Source of the DNA: Chara braunii
Lineage: Eukaryota > Plantae > Charophyceae
DNA: 64,000 nucleotides
Reading direction: 5' to 3'
Assembly: GCA_003427395.1 (NCBI GenBank)
Contig: BFEA01000037.1
Span: forward strand, 1,591,821-1,655,820
Shown here: one piece after another, positions 24,857 to 36,512 of the stretch
Numbering within the stretch: the stretch's first letter is position 1
Layout: each line of letters opens with the position of its first letter
The notes under the pieces: generated by a model
Seen by the model: the letters and a program-made list of their open reading frames with translations, nothing else
Database searches by the model: none
Told to the model about the DNA's origin: nothing
Position numbers and translations under genes: made by a program

Positions 24857-26844
24857 ATGGTGACCACTCGAGCAGGAACTAGCACTACCCCCTATAGTAA
24901 GGCCCAAGAGGAGAAAGTTGCCGCCATTTTGAAGGAAAAGAAGGAGAAGATGGAGAAGCGAGCGTTGATTGAGCATGCAAAGATGTTGGCCCTGCTAGAG
25001 GAACAGGAGGTGAAGAAGAAACAGATGGAAGAAGAGCTCGAAAGATGAAAAAAGGAACAGGAGGAGAAACTGGCGGCAGTTAAAGCAGCAGCAGCAGAAG
25101 AAGAAGATGAAGTGGAGGTTCCCCTGCAGAGTAATGTGAGAACTGAAGAGAGGGGGGAATCTAGTGGGGCGCGAGAGAGGGAAGCAAAAATGGAAAAGAT
25201 GGTCACTGAATGGATGGCCAACCTGGCCCTGGGGGAAGAAGACGAGGCTATGTTGCTTGTTCCCCAAGCAGAAAGGGAAGTGGTTGTAAGGGAGTTGGAA
25301 GCGGAGGAGGACCCCTTGCGCCGACAGGCCAAGGACGAGGAGAAGAGATTGGAGTGGAAGTTGCGCCTTGCAAGAGAGAGAACAAGGCGGTTGGAGGCCG
25401 CAGACAAGATGGAGAGAGAATGGAGGGTTGTTGAAGAGCAACAGGGGCAACTAGGAGCACAGGAAAATCTCCAGAGAAAGATAGAACTCTTGTCCCAGAA
25501 TATGGATGGAATGTTGAGGGCCCATCAGGAGCAACTGCATTATCTGAGAGGCCATGACATTGCTTTGCAGTCCATGCGCATAGGTTTCAAAGATTTTGCA
25601 CGAGATATGATGTTGCGTGTGGGCACGGAAATGCGCGCTGCGTTAGAAAGCACCGAGAGATTTTGTACAGGCGCCATAGAAGGCGCTAAGATAGCAGCCC
25701 CTAAGGAAGAGGAGGCGAGGCCGCGTCGCGAGCGCGTCAAGGCCAGATTCACTGAACCCTATGGTGGGAAGAGGGGAGAGGACTTCGATAATTGGGAAGC
25801 TAATATCCAGTCCTACCTGCACCTCCATGATATTACGCCTACGAGCCATGTTTTGGTGGCCTTTCAGGCACTGAAGGAAGAAGCGGTCAACTTTGTTAGG
25901 TCTCTTGCATGTGTTGCCAAATGTGACAACGATATGGTCACATACTCTTCCGTTACTAACTTGAGTTTTTGTCCGCCCTCTGTGAGCGATTTGCAGATGT
26001 CACTAGAGGTCTTAGGGCATCTGACAAATTGCAGACTATCCACACGGGACAGTGGAGGAGTGCAACAACACTCAAGGCCGCCATGGATGAACTTGTCACT
26101 GTCCCTGGACATGGGGTCACTGAGACCCAGCTCGTCCAATTGTTCTATCGCGCTATGCCCGAAACTCTGCACGGGCACTTCCTGACACGTAAGCAACAGC
26201 CTGACATGACGTATGATGCGATAAGTCGAGGGGTTGTTGCTTTTGAGGCCCAGTCCGCGCTAGTTGCCACTTTTTGGCACAAGGACCTTGCCAATGGCAA
26301 AAAGTGGAAAGGTCAGACCATCTCAGGCCAATTTAAGGCCAAGGACAATCTTATTCTTACGATGGAAGAAGGTGGTCTGAAAGAGGTCCCTTACAGTGAG
26401 ATAGAGTGGGGCCTCGATGAGTCAGATAGTAGTGAATGCCAGGGGAGTACCTACGTTGTTGTCGCGGTCGGAGGGAGGTCGCAAGGAAGAGAAAGGGGCC
26501 AAGGCCAAGGTGGTCAGGCCTCTGGTGGTCGAGGGCAGGGTGGCCAGGGGGTTGGCGATATAGGAAACCGCCAAGTGGGAGGCAGGGGTCAAGGTCCCTC
26601 GTCTAACCGCCCTCGTTCAAATCCGTCACCTCCTAGAACGGGTGGTTGGCACCCTGGTCGGCTCGAGGGCCGGCCCTGGGAAACCTTGGGCATTGAGAAG
26701 AAAGACTGGCAGGACCGGATAGATAACTATCAATGCGTGTTCTGCTGTGACCCTGGGCACATCATCAAATCCTGCCCGAAGAGTTGCTGCAGAGTCAACA
26801 AAAAGGCAACTGCGAGTAGGGGTAGCAACTGCCCTTACCTCTAG
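24857..26844 (+). pseudogene. gag: gag of C (coiled-coil N-terminus, RGG-rich region, CCHC knuckle)
   Basis: MVTTRAGTSTTPY...; YGGKRGEDFDNWE; CVFCCDPGHIIKSC; one stop and a frameshift. Confidence 0.9.
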
Positions 26845-26863
26845 GCCACGTGGAAATTAGTGT

Positions 26864-29800
26864 GTGCGCCAAGTAGAAACTCCCACTCTATGTGTGTCTA
26901 TGGCAGAGGTCACTGGCCAGCATCTAGCCAGCTGTCCAGAGATTGCTTGTGTTAGAGTCTCTGTCGGCGCTTCCCTCACAGGTCTGCCAGAAAAATTGAA
27001 GGAGAGAACGTCGACCTGGGCCAAGATGAAGAAAGAAGGAAAAGGACAATTAGTGATAGCAGATGTAGAGGTCTTTAGAAGCAGAGTAGGGACCCTTATA
27101 GACAATGGGGCCACACGTAGCTATATTAGTCGTAAAGCGCCGAAGAAGTTAAAGCTTAGTTTGAAAGCCCAAAAGTTGGAAGAACCCGTAGTCAGCATCC
27201 TTGCAGACAATCGCACCATGCGAATCGAGGATTATGTTGAGGGAGTTCAGGTGTACTTTCGCCTAGAGGCAAATGGGAAGGTAGAGAGAGTTCTCCATTC
27301 CTTGACTCTCCTTGTCGAAGGCAATCTCCTGTTTGATATGGTCCGAGGAATGGACTGGGGAGAGGCAGCAGGAGCCACAGTGCATTTGCGTGAGCATGAG
27401 TGTAGGCTTCCTAGTCCTTCAGGTGGCGTCAAGACGGCCCGCCTGTTCCATGTGTCAGGAGTAGACATCTCCTTAGCACATTGTTGTCTCAGTGCTCTTG
27501 CGTTCGCGCGATTAGTTGAGGAGGAGCAATTAGAAGAGCAAGTTTTTGTAGCCTATGTTAGTCCAGTTACTGAGCCTAAGAAAGAAGAACCGACCAACCT
27601 TATTATTGCCAAGTTGTTGGAAGAATACGCAGATTTGTCAAAACCTCCTTCAGGAGTAGTACCCCGTCCCATCCAGCATCGCGTTGAAATAGAGCCTGGC
27701 AGCAAGACTCCAAAGGGAGCAGTCTATAAAATGTTTCCTAAGAATTAGAGGAGTAAGCAGTTAGACGAACTCCTCGATAAGGGTTGGATTAGGCCTAGTT
27801 CATCTCCATTTGGAGCACCTGTTCTGTTTGTCCCCCAAAAAGAGGGAGAGTTAAGAATGTGTATTGACTACAGGGGTCTCAACGCCGTTACAGTTAAGAA
27901 TGTAGAACCACTGCCCCGAATGATCTGTTGGATCGGGTGCAGGGCTGCAGATATTTCACAAAGGTAGATTTGAAGTCATACCGTCAGATTGAGGTCCACC
28001 CTGATGATCAATACAAAATGGCGTTCAGGACTGGATATGGGCACTTAAGAGTTTACAGTTATGCCCTTTGGACTAACCAACGCACCAACCACTTTCCAGT
28101 GTTGTATGAACGGTTTGTTTACGCCATGGTTAGACAAATTTGTAGTGGTTTATTTAGATGATATTTTAATTTTTAGTAAGACCCTCCAGGAGCATGAGGC
28201 TCATATGAGGCAGATCTTGAAGAAGTTGCGAGAGACAAACTTTAAGATCAACGCGAAGAAGTGCGAGTGGGCCAAGACCGACATCTCGTGCTTGGGCCAT
28301 GTCCTAGATAGAGATGGCATAAAACTTGAGGACAATAAGATTACAACGATTAGAGATTAGCCAACTCCTCGTACGATGACAAAATTGTGATCGTGTTTAG
28401 GATTGGCCTACTACCCTCCAAGAGCATGAGGCTCATCTGAGGCAGATTTTGGAGAAGTTGCGAAAGGCAAACTTCAAGATCAACGCGAAGAAGTGCGAGT
28501 GGGCCAAGACCGAAATCTTGTACTTGGGCCATGTCCTAGATGAGATGGCATAAAACGTGAGGACAATAAGATCACAGCGATTAGAGACTGGCCAACTCCT
28601 CGTACGCTGACAAAATTGCGATTGTTTTTAGGATTGGCCAACATGAGGCTCATCTGAGGCAAATCTTGGAGAAGTTACGAGAGGCAAACTTCAAGATCAA
28701 CACGAAGAAGTGCGAGTGGGCCAAGACCGAAATCTTGTACTTGGGCCACGTCCTAGATGGAGATGGCATAAAACCTAAGGACAGTAAGATCAGCTATTAG
28801 AGACTGGCCAACTCCTCGTACGTTGACCAAATTCCGATCGTTTTTAGGATTGGCCAACTACTACAGGAAGCTCGTTAGAAATTTCTCTATTATCGCTGCT
28901 CCTCTTCGTAGAGTGTTTGGAAGTGGGATCAAGACTGCATGTCGGCCTTAAACAAATTGAAACGGGCCTAGATAGAGTACCCCCAGTCCTCAACGTAGCT
29001 GATCCATCCTTACCTTTTGTCATTACTATTGATACGAGTCAGTATGGAATTGGTGCTGTTTTACAGCAAGATGATGGCAATGGTATGGACCTGTAGAGTT
29101 GATGTCTGTTAGATTGCCTTCAGAAAAGGTAGTAGCCTCGACTTACGAGAGAGAACTCTACGCTCTCAGGCAAGGGTTAGACCATTGGAGACATTACTTG
29201 CTTGGGAGGCACTTCAAAGTCTATTCAGACCATGAGACACTTAGGTGGCGGGAGACTCGGGCCAAGATGACACCTAAGCTTACTAGGTGGGTCGCAGAGA
29301 GTATCTGGACATAGGGACTGACTTACAGCAAAAAGTTAGAGATGCGTATACTCAGGACCCTATCTACAGTGATCTCCTCAAGAGAGTAAGGGAGGACCCA
29401 GCAAGTGAACCTGATTATCGCATCACAAACGGGTTGTTGTTTGAAAAGATAGACGTCGTAGATCGGTTGTGCATCCCCAATAGTGAAGAGATCCGAAGTT
29501 TGATCCTAGGTGAATGTCACGATACGAAAGGACACTTAGGTTGGCAAAAGACATCAGCCAACCTGACACGTGCCTATACGTGGCCTGGCATGAAAGTTGA
29601 CTCCATAGAGTATGTCCGCAGTTGTAGAGTGTGCCGGCGTAATAAAACTACTACGTGAGCCCCGTTCTCAAACCCTTAACTGTATGGGGTCTTCTCAGAC
29701 CCTTAACTGTCCCTTCAGCACCCGGAGAGTCTGTGTTCATTGACTTCATGGATGTTGGAGTCAGGAGTCGGCATGGCAAGAGCTCAGTCATGGTTGTAGT

Positions 29801-30818
29801 AGACCGTTTTAGCAAGTATGCGGTTTTTGTTCCTTTGCCTTCCGAGAAACGTACAAAGTTCGTGATAGAGAAGTTTTTCGATGCCTGGGTAAGTGAGCAC
29901 AGAATTCTGCTAGGCACACGGTTTACTAGTCAGCATTGGCAGGAACTTATGCGAGTCTATGGCTCGAAGTTGTTGATGTCATCTAGCCGTCATCCAGAGA
30001 CTAACGGTCAAACTCAGCGAATGAATAAGATCCTGCAGCAAATACTCAGGATGTACATTAGACCGGATCAGATCAACTAGGATGAGATGCTCCCTAAAGT
30101 AGCTAGCGCTTACAACAATAGTGTCCATCTAGCTACCTGCCGAACTCCCAACGAGTTGCACAAGTCCTTAAGACCACGCAGGCCGTTTGAAGGACTGAAT
30201 CATGACCAGATACAGAGACTGCCACCCGGAACTAGAGAAGTTCAGCATGAGAGGGAAACCGCAAGAGTGATCGACAACCTGAGAAAGGCTCAACATCGAA
30301 TGGCAGAGCAAGCTAACAAGCATCGTCGGCCATCGCAGTTCTAGGTAGGTGACTTAGTCTGGGTCAAGTTCAAGGGGTTTGCGGAAGAAGAGAATATCTC
30401 ACAAAAGTTGTTACCCACGTACAGGGGACCGTGGCCTGTCCTAGAGGACGGACCTTCCTACACGGTAGAAATTCCACCACACCTCCACACATACCCAATC
30501 TTCCATGCGTCCAAGTTGTTACCTTGTGTCACCAGCCAGCAATTTTCGGCGCATCGATCAATGATTCCGCCGGATATGGATGGCACATATGATATAGATC
30601 GCATTGTGGAAGAGGATGTATTCAGGACCAGAGGTAGAGGTCGTCCACAAAAGCAATGCAAAGTCAGGTTCGCTTATCAGGAACCGGAGGACGACCGCTG
30701 GTTCAAAAGAACCGAGCTTTTAGAGACCGCTCCCGACATAGTCCACGCCTATGATAAAGAAAGGAAAGGTAAAGGTCCTGTCTTGCGTCGAAGTATTCTA
30801 AAAGAACCTCGAATTTAG
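26864..30818 (+). pseudogene. pol: pol of C: protease, RT (partly triplicated), RNase H, integrase, chromodomain
   Basis: LIDNGAT; MPFGLTNAPTTF, YLDD; RELYAL, DHETL; ECHDTKGH...CRVC; YRGPW; YDIDRIVEE...KVRF...EDDRWF. Confidence 0.95.
28181..28860 (+). repeat. Tandem triplication (~220-230 bp) of the RT C-terminal segment
   Basis: catgaggctcat...ggattggcc units start at 28193, 28425 and 28642. Confidence 0.9.
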
Positions 30819-31455
30819 GCCGGTGGGAGTGAAACGGTTTTCACCTATTACAGTAGCAGATGCAGTACCCAGGGCTCGATCCCTAGACCTCCCGTTCACC
30901 CATGTACAGTACCCGTTGACCCGTGTGTGTTTGAACTCGCGACCTGTGTTCTGAAAGTCGTATGTCCAGCTGTTGTATATAGTGCGGTCGTCCGGTCTTG
31001 AACCGTAGGTCTGAGTTTTAGAGGTCTTAGTAGTAGCATAGGCCGTAGCTGCTACAGTTCCGAAAGGTCAAGTCCACGACCTTCTAGAAGCTGTAGGTTG
31101 ACCCTTTCTAAGTCCTAGGAGTCAGTCAGCGTCTGAGTCAGCAGAGGGCAGTCCTAGCACAGTCAGCCAAGTGCAGTCCCAGTCCTACCTATCCTGGTCA
31201 GCGGTACCCAGTCCCAGGTCGCACTTTGTCAAGGGCAGACCAACGACGATCCAAAGTATAAATAAAGAGGCAGCGTCAAGCCATTAATTCATTCTGCCTG
31301 TGAGCCGTGCGGAACCGCTGTCTGAGCGTCTTGTGCTACGGAGGTCTGCAGGTGCACGGAGAGGAAGAGGACTAAGAGGAGGAAGACGCGGCCATAGCCG
31401 CCAGTTAGTGGTAGGAGTTAGACGGCAGCCATATCTGCCAGTTAGGAGGTTAGTG

Positions 31456-31456
<1 letters not shown>

Positions 31457-31516
<60 letters not shown>
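31457..31516. repeat. (GT)n microsatellite in the 3' LTR of C
   Basis: Much longer than the matching tract in the 5' LTR (~22115-22150). Confidence 0.9.
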
Positions 31517-31518
<2 letters not shown>

Positions 31519-33013
31519 CGTGTGTGCGAACAAGTTGCTGGAGGATACAGTTGATCGGGTGGGAATCTTTGTCTGGCGCCTTGGGCCATAGCCGTTCAAG
31601 ACAAGTTTGAATCTGAACTGTGTTCCTGGCCACGTGTTATCTCTGAGCTTTGTGTGGGCGCTGTCCCGCCAGTGTGAACGTCATCCATTTGCGTGCATGC
31701 TGAGTGTCGAAGAAGACAAGTCTGATTGCATTGGCAGGTTCCACGTTTAATACAGAGAACAACGAACCTTCCCCTTTGCATTAACCATTTACAGTGGACT
31801 GTTACCTCCCTGAGAGGAAAGGAGAAGCCTCCCTAAAGAGGATTGAAGAGAGCTGGACATTGATTAGGTCTCATACCCCAGTCTGAAAGATATTAGCTCA
31901 CTCGAGTCCTCTGTCTGATGCCCCGTCTCCGTTGTCAAACCGCCAAAACCGCTCGCTTGCAACTATTCTCCCCTTTAGATTTTACTTCGTTAAGTCCAAA
32001 TATTGGAGTTAACAGAATCCGGACGGTTATGTCTCTCCTTTCCTAGTCCCCTTGAGGAGTACACAGCCCGATCTTTGATTAGGAATCCGTGCTGAGAGTT
32101 GTGTCCATTAATCCAACGACCAATTGAAAACCACCGCGGTATCTTGATGCTTTTATTAGCAGAAAATGCAGGGCCGCTGTGGTGTTCTCGAGTTCCCATC
32201 CCTTTTCCCTCTCACTCTTACTCGCTCTCTTACTCAGTCTTTATTACTCTCCTACTCACTCCTTCATCACTCATGCAGGCTCATATTTAAATGAACTCAG
32301 TCGGACTTATTGTCAGGTTCATGGAATTAGTTACAGAGCTCCTCATTTGCTCGCACGTGCTCACACCCTCCTCTCTCTCTTTCCAGTTCACTCTCTCTAA
32401 TTCTCTTTCTCCCTCTGTCTAACTGTGTGTGTGAGGTTCTTCCTCTCTCCCCTTCCTGCACCAGGCACGATGTTAAAACACTGATGGTTCGTTCAGCTCT
32501 AATGTTGATATTAGTGCGAATCAATAAAGCACAGAGTCATTAACGCTTAATTCGAGGTAGTTTTCAGTTTAGAAACAGTGGAACTGACCGAGTGTTGCAT
32601 TCGAGAGAAACGGTAATGATCAGACTCAGATATCCTCGAATAAAGCCCGGGGTCACTAAAGCTTGTATTTGGGGCGTTTTCTAGCTCAGCAATGGAATTA
32701 TCCGTTGTATTCGGACGCAGACTTCAGGATAGAGAGGGCTAGCGATTTGTTCACCACACCCTCTTTCCGGGACTTCCCCGCTTGCTCACTCACCCACCCA
32801 ATCCCTCTGGCTCACGCTCTCTCCTACTTTCTCTCTCACTCCCTCTCGCAATCAATGGACAGGGTTCCCCACGCTGCAGTGTGACGTTAAATGTGTGTTG
32901 GAATCCCGCCCACGACCACATTAACCCAGAGATGCATCTGCAGCTAGAACATGAAAAATATACACCGCTTTAATCGTTGCCTTCAGTACGCGGCTGCCTC
33001 GACGATTTCCCCA

Positions 33014-33390
33014 CCAAATGAAGATGATTGTCCATCATGATTATGGAAAGATACTCCACCGTACTGTTGCCTTCTTGCCTCATGCATAGGTCGCCAAATG
33101 AGAACACAACTTCAGCGAGAACAGAGGAAGATACTTCAACTGGTTCTTCGCCTTCTTACCTCACGCATAGGGTGCCAAATGAGAACGCAACTTCAGCGAG
33201 AACAGGGGAAGATAATTCAACTAGTTCTTCACCTTCTTACTTCTCGCATAGGCCGCCAAATGAGAATGCCACTTCAGCGAGAATATGGGAAGATACTTCA
33301 ACTGGTCCTTTGCCTTCTTAATCGTGAGTTCTGTTCTGAGTGTTCTCCAAATGAGGATGCACCTTCAACAAGGACAGGGGTAGATTCATC
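33014..33390. repeat. ~81-bp tandem repeat, 4-5 degenerate copies, inside E
   Basis: ccaaatga recurs at 33014, 33094, 33175, 33256 and 33347. Confidence 0.85.
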
Positions 33391-36300
33391 AGCACATTCT
33401 CTCCCGTTTGCCCCTTCCTCTCTCTCTCTCCCTTTCTTCTCTCACTCCCTATTCTCTTTCTCTTTCCGTCTCTTTCTCTTTCTCTCTTTTCTCTTTCTTT
33501 TGAAGCTCTCCGTCGCCCACTTCTGCTCCTATCATCAAGGCAGATGCGCCTGACCCTTCTCTCCACTCACGGTCACGCAGTGTGGTGCACAGCTTAGCCA
33601 AAGTGTCCGCGGAGCCGCTCTCAGGAAGTGGCTCGTAAGCTAAAGTCACTCCAGTGAACTCGCTCCTTCTATTCACCTATCTTCCTCTTGCATTCTTGCT
33701 CATCGTCGATGCATTTCCCCCCGCACAACCGTCGACTTAGCTACTTCGTTTCCCAGTGCTTCGAGCTTGACCAGCGAGCCGCAACTCACGAGCGTGCGGT
33801 TACATTCACGTTCTCCCGGCTCACAACGCTCGTCTTGGTCGACAGGTTCCCCGTGTTCTCCAGGTTTTCTCCACCTCTCCTAATGCTCAGACGGGCACTT
33901 CTTTCTGTTCCCGCTCTCTGCTGTGCGTTCCGATCGCGCTCGGATCCTCCCCAGTTTTCCCCCATGTCTTCATGGACGGCACACAATTCAGCCTCGGTGT
34001 CCGTATCCGGTGCAGATTTTGGGGAGGCGCATACGGTTCGTTAACATTGGAAATCTGTAGCCGCGAGTACCCCTCACGTTCGGCCTGGCAACAAAACTGC
34101 TTTGTGGGGCGCTGGTGGTCGACTGTTCCCCGCGACTCTCACCTTTCTCAGGCCGACCAGACCCGGCTGGCATCTACCTTAACCCTACTTGTAGCTGGCT
34201 CGGGGTTCCGCCCTTGTACCAGCTATATTCAGGCCCCCTGGGTGATCTGCTGTGGTCAAATGAAGAATGTATGTAAGGGAAGTCAGCAATGTAGACCAGC
34301 GACCTTGAGAAGTTGGATTGGCTTCATAGTCAGCTCGACCCGGGGTCTGTACCTTGATGTGATCTGGTGTTGGTGGCTGCTGGCGTGGTCTATCGGGATG
34401 CCCAGTACTTTCTCCCTTTTCATGTCCAGGGTATTCATTTCCGAAATAAAACTCCCCCCAGTATCATTGCACGACCACAGCCGAGCTATTGTCATCGATA
34501 ATCTGGTACCGCGATCAGAGTTCCCACTTGTCGTCTTGTCACGGCCAGTTTACATGTTCACCAGTCCAAGTCATAGTTCACGTTCTCATGTATGAGACCG
34601 ATCAGTGCGCCCCATAAGTCTCCACGGCATACGTCATCGGCCCGCTCACTCATAGCATAATACAAGGGTAGGTTACACACAAAAACGAAGACTATGTGGG
34701 GGGGGTAATAGAACAGCAAGAATCAGGGTGGTTCAGCACTGAAACATAATCTCGACACCAAAATGGGAAAATAGAAAATTCCGGGAATTTCACATTCTTT
34801 TTCATCGTTCTTTTCTGTATTCATAATTTTTTACATAGCCTCAAAATAAATAAAACAACACCCTCAACTCGACACCGCAAAATCGCTTATGCCAAATTTG
34901 GCGCACGTGGTCAAGACCAAGCCATGGTGATGATAAAAGTATGGTCAAAGTGGCTCCACAAAGGCAGCTCCAAAAATATAATAAAATAATATGACATTTA
35001 GCATTATAGTAGGCCCAGTATACATGGTTGTGGGAACGGAAATCGGGGATAGGCCCGAGTGCCCTGATTTTTCATTCCTCATAATGTGAAAAATTGTTAG
35101 CATTAGTAGATGTAGGCCCGTAATTTCCGCATTGCGGGACACCCACTGGATTTGGCCGCCCAACAACGGGTTCAAAACACACAGGGTCAACGGACAACTG
35201 TACAGTGGGGTAGGGGAGGTCTGGGGATCGAGTCCTGGTATCTGCAATTGTCGCGCGAACTGGGTGAAACCTTTTCAGTTCTCTCCGTCCCTCGACAGGC
35301 CTATTTCCGTATTCTTGATATGCTTTCCATTCTCTGTTCTGCTGTATGCACACTGTATTGTCATGCCATAATACCATGTTGGTACCTAACACATTCCCTT
35401 GACTGTTAGACCCACGCATGCACTGGATGTCTTTGCCTGAAACGGTTTTCACCTTTGCAGAAGCAGATGCAGATTGCAGGGCTCGATCCCTAGACCTTAC
35501 CTGCACCCATGTACAGTATCGAGTAGACCCCTGTGTGTTTTGAGCCCGCGACCTGTGTTTTAGTAGTGACTGTTGTTTGCCGTAGGTCCCTGTACCTGTA
35601 GGAGTTCGATCTGTAGATCTGTCAAGTAGGGGTTACAGCTGTGTAGAGGTCGAAACTGCTAGGCTAGAGGTCTGTAGGCGAGTCGCAAGTCCAACTGCGT
35701 CGATTTGGCAGTGCAACCCCGTTCAGTCAGCGGTACCGGCCCCAGTCACACTTAGTCCAGTCAAGCAAGTACGGTGTGGGACTGTGTGCACCAAGGGCCT
35801 GGTGGAAAGGGGCAGACCAGCGGCCAACAGAAGTATAAATCAAGAGGCAGCATCCAGCAATTCATTCATTCTGTTGCGAACCAAGCGGAAGCGCTGCCAA
35901 TGCGTCTTGTGCGAGGTGGTCTGCAGGTGCCCGAAGCTGAAGTGGGCTGCGAGAGAGACACAGCAGCCATAGCTGCTAGTAGTGATAGGGTTAGCAAGCA
36001 GCCATAGCTGCGCTCGGTTAGAATAGACTTCAGTGTGTGTGTATATGAGTGTGCAGTGAGAGTGTATGCGCGTGGGATATCCAGGGAGATCCAGTGAAGT
36101 GTGCGTGTGGACAAGTGGAGAGGATACAGTATCGTGAGGGATGATGAAGGGCGCACAGGCGCCGTAGTTACGAAGTGAGTTTGTATCTGAACTGTGTTCT
36201 TGCCTGTAATATCTTTGAGCTTTGTGTGGGCGCCATCTGTTTATATGCATGCAAAGTAAGAAGAAAGTGAGTCTGATTGCAGTTGGTATCAGAGCCGGTT

Positions 36301-36418
36301 CCTGCTGTTCCACACGTCCCGTCGTCATCTAGAAGAAGCGCCAGCAGGACGCCATCGTGGGAAGTCGCCATAGCTGCGCCGCTGCCGCGAGAGGTCGCGT
36401 ACCCACACACAGAACGAC

Positions 36419-36421
<3 letters not shown>

Positions 36422-36509
<88 letters not shown>
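36422..36509. repeat. (GA)n microsatellite in the leader of D
   Basis: Seen directly; same position as in C. Confidence 0.95.

Positions 36510-36512
<3 letters not shown>

Larger units (their letters stand above)
21445..31730 (+). mobile_element. Ty3/gypsy chromovirus-type LTR retrotransposon C (full length, decayed)
   Basis: LTRs 21445-22392 and 30830-31730 (TGAAA...TTGCA); TSD ttggc at 21440-21444 and 31731-31735; PBS tggtatcagagcaggtt 22394-22410. Confidence 0.95.
3489..35165. mobile_element. Element E: ~4.0-kb TG..CA non-coding insertion (3489-3962 + 21334-21444 + 31736-35165), probably a large solo LTR or non-autonomous LTR element
   Basis: Termini tgtcagg / cccaaca; TSD acgg at 3485-3488 and 35166-35169; interrupts LTR F cleanly. 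Confidence 0.7.
2631..35277 (-). mobile_element. Solo LTR F, split into 35277-35170 (first ~110 bp) and 3488-2631 by nested insertions
   Basis: Minus strand begins tgaaaaggtttcacc at 35277 and ends gacaagtctgattgca at 2631, as in the C LTRs. Flanks are gttc at 2627-2630 and 35278-35281. Removing E restores gaacccgtgacctgt, matching gagcccgcgacctgt in LTR D. Confidence 0.8.

Noticed and set aside
35279-35295. Purine tract on the minus strand before LTR F as the PPT of a full element
   Set aside because: The matching gttc TSD on both sides indicates a solo LTR, and no internal domain follows.
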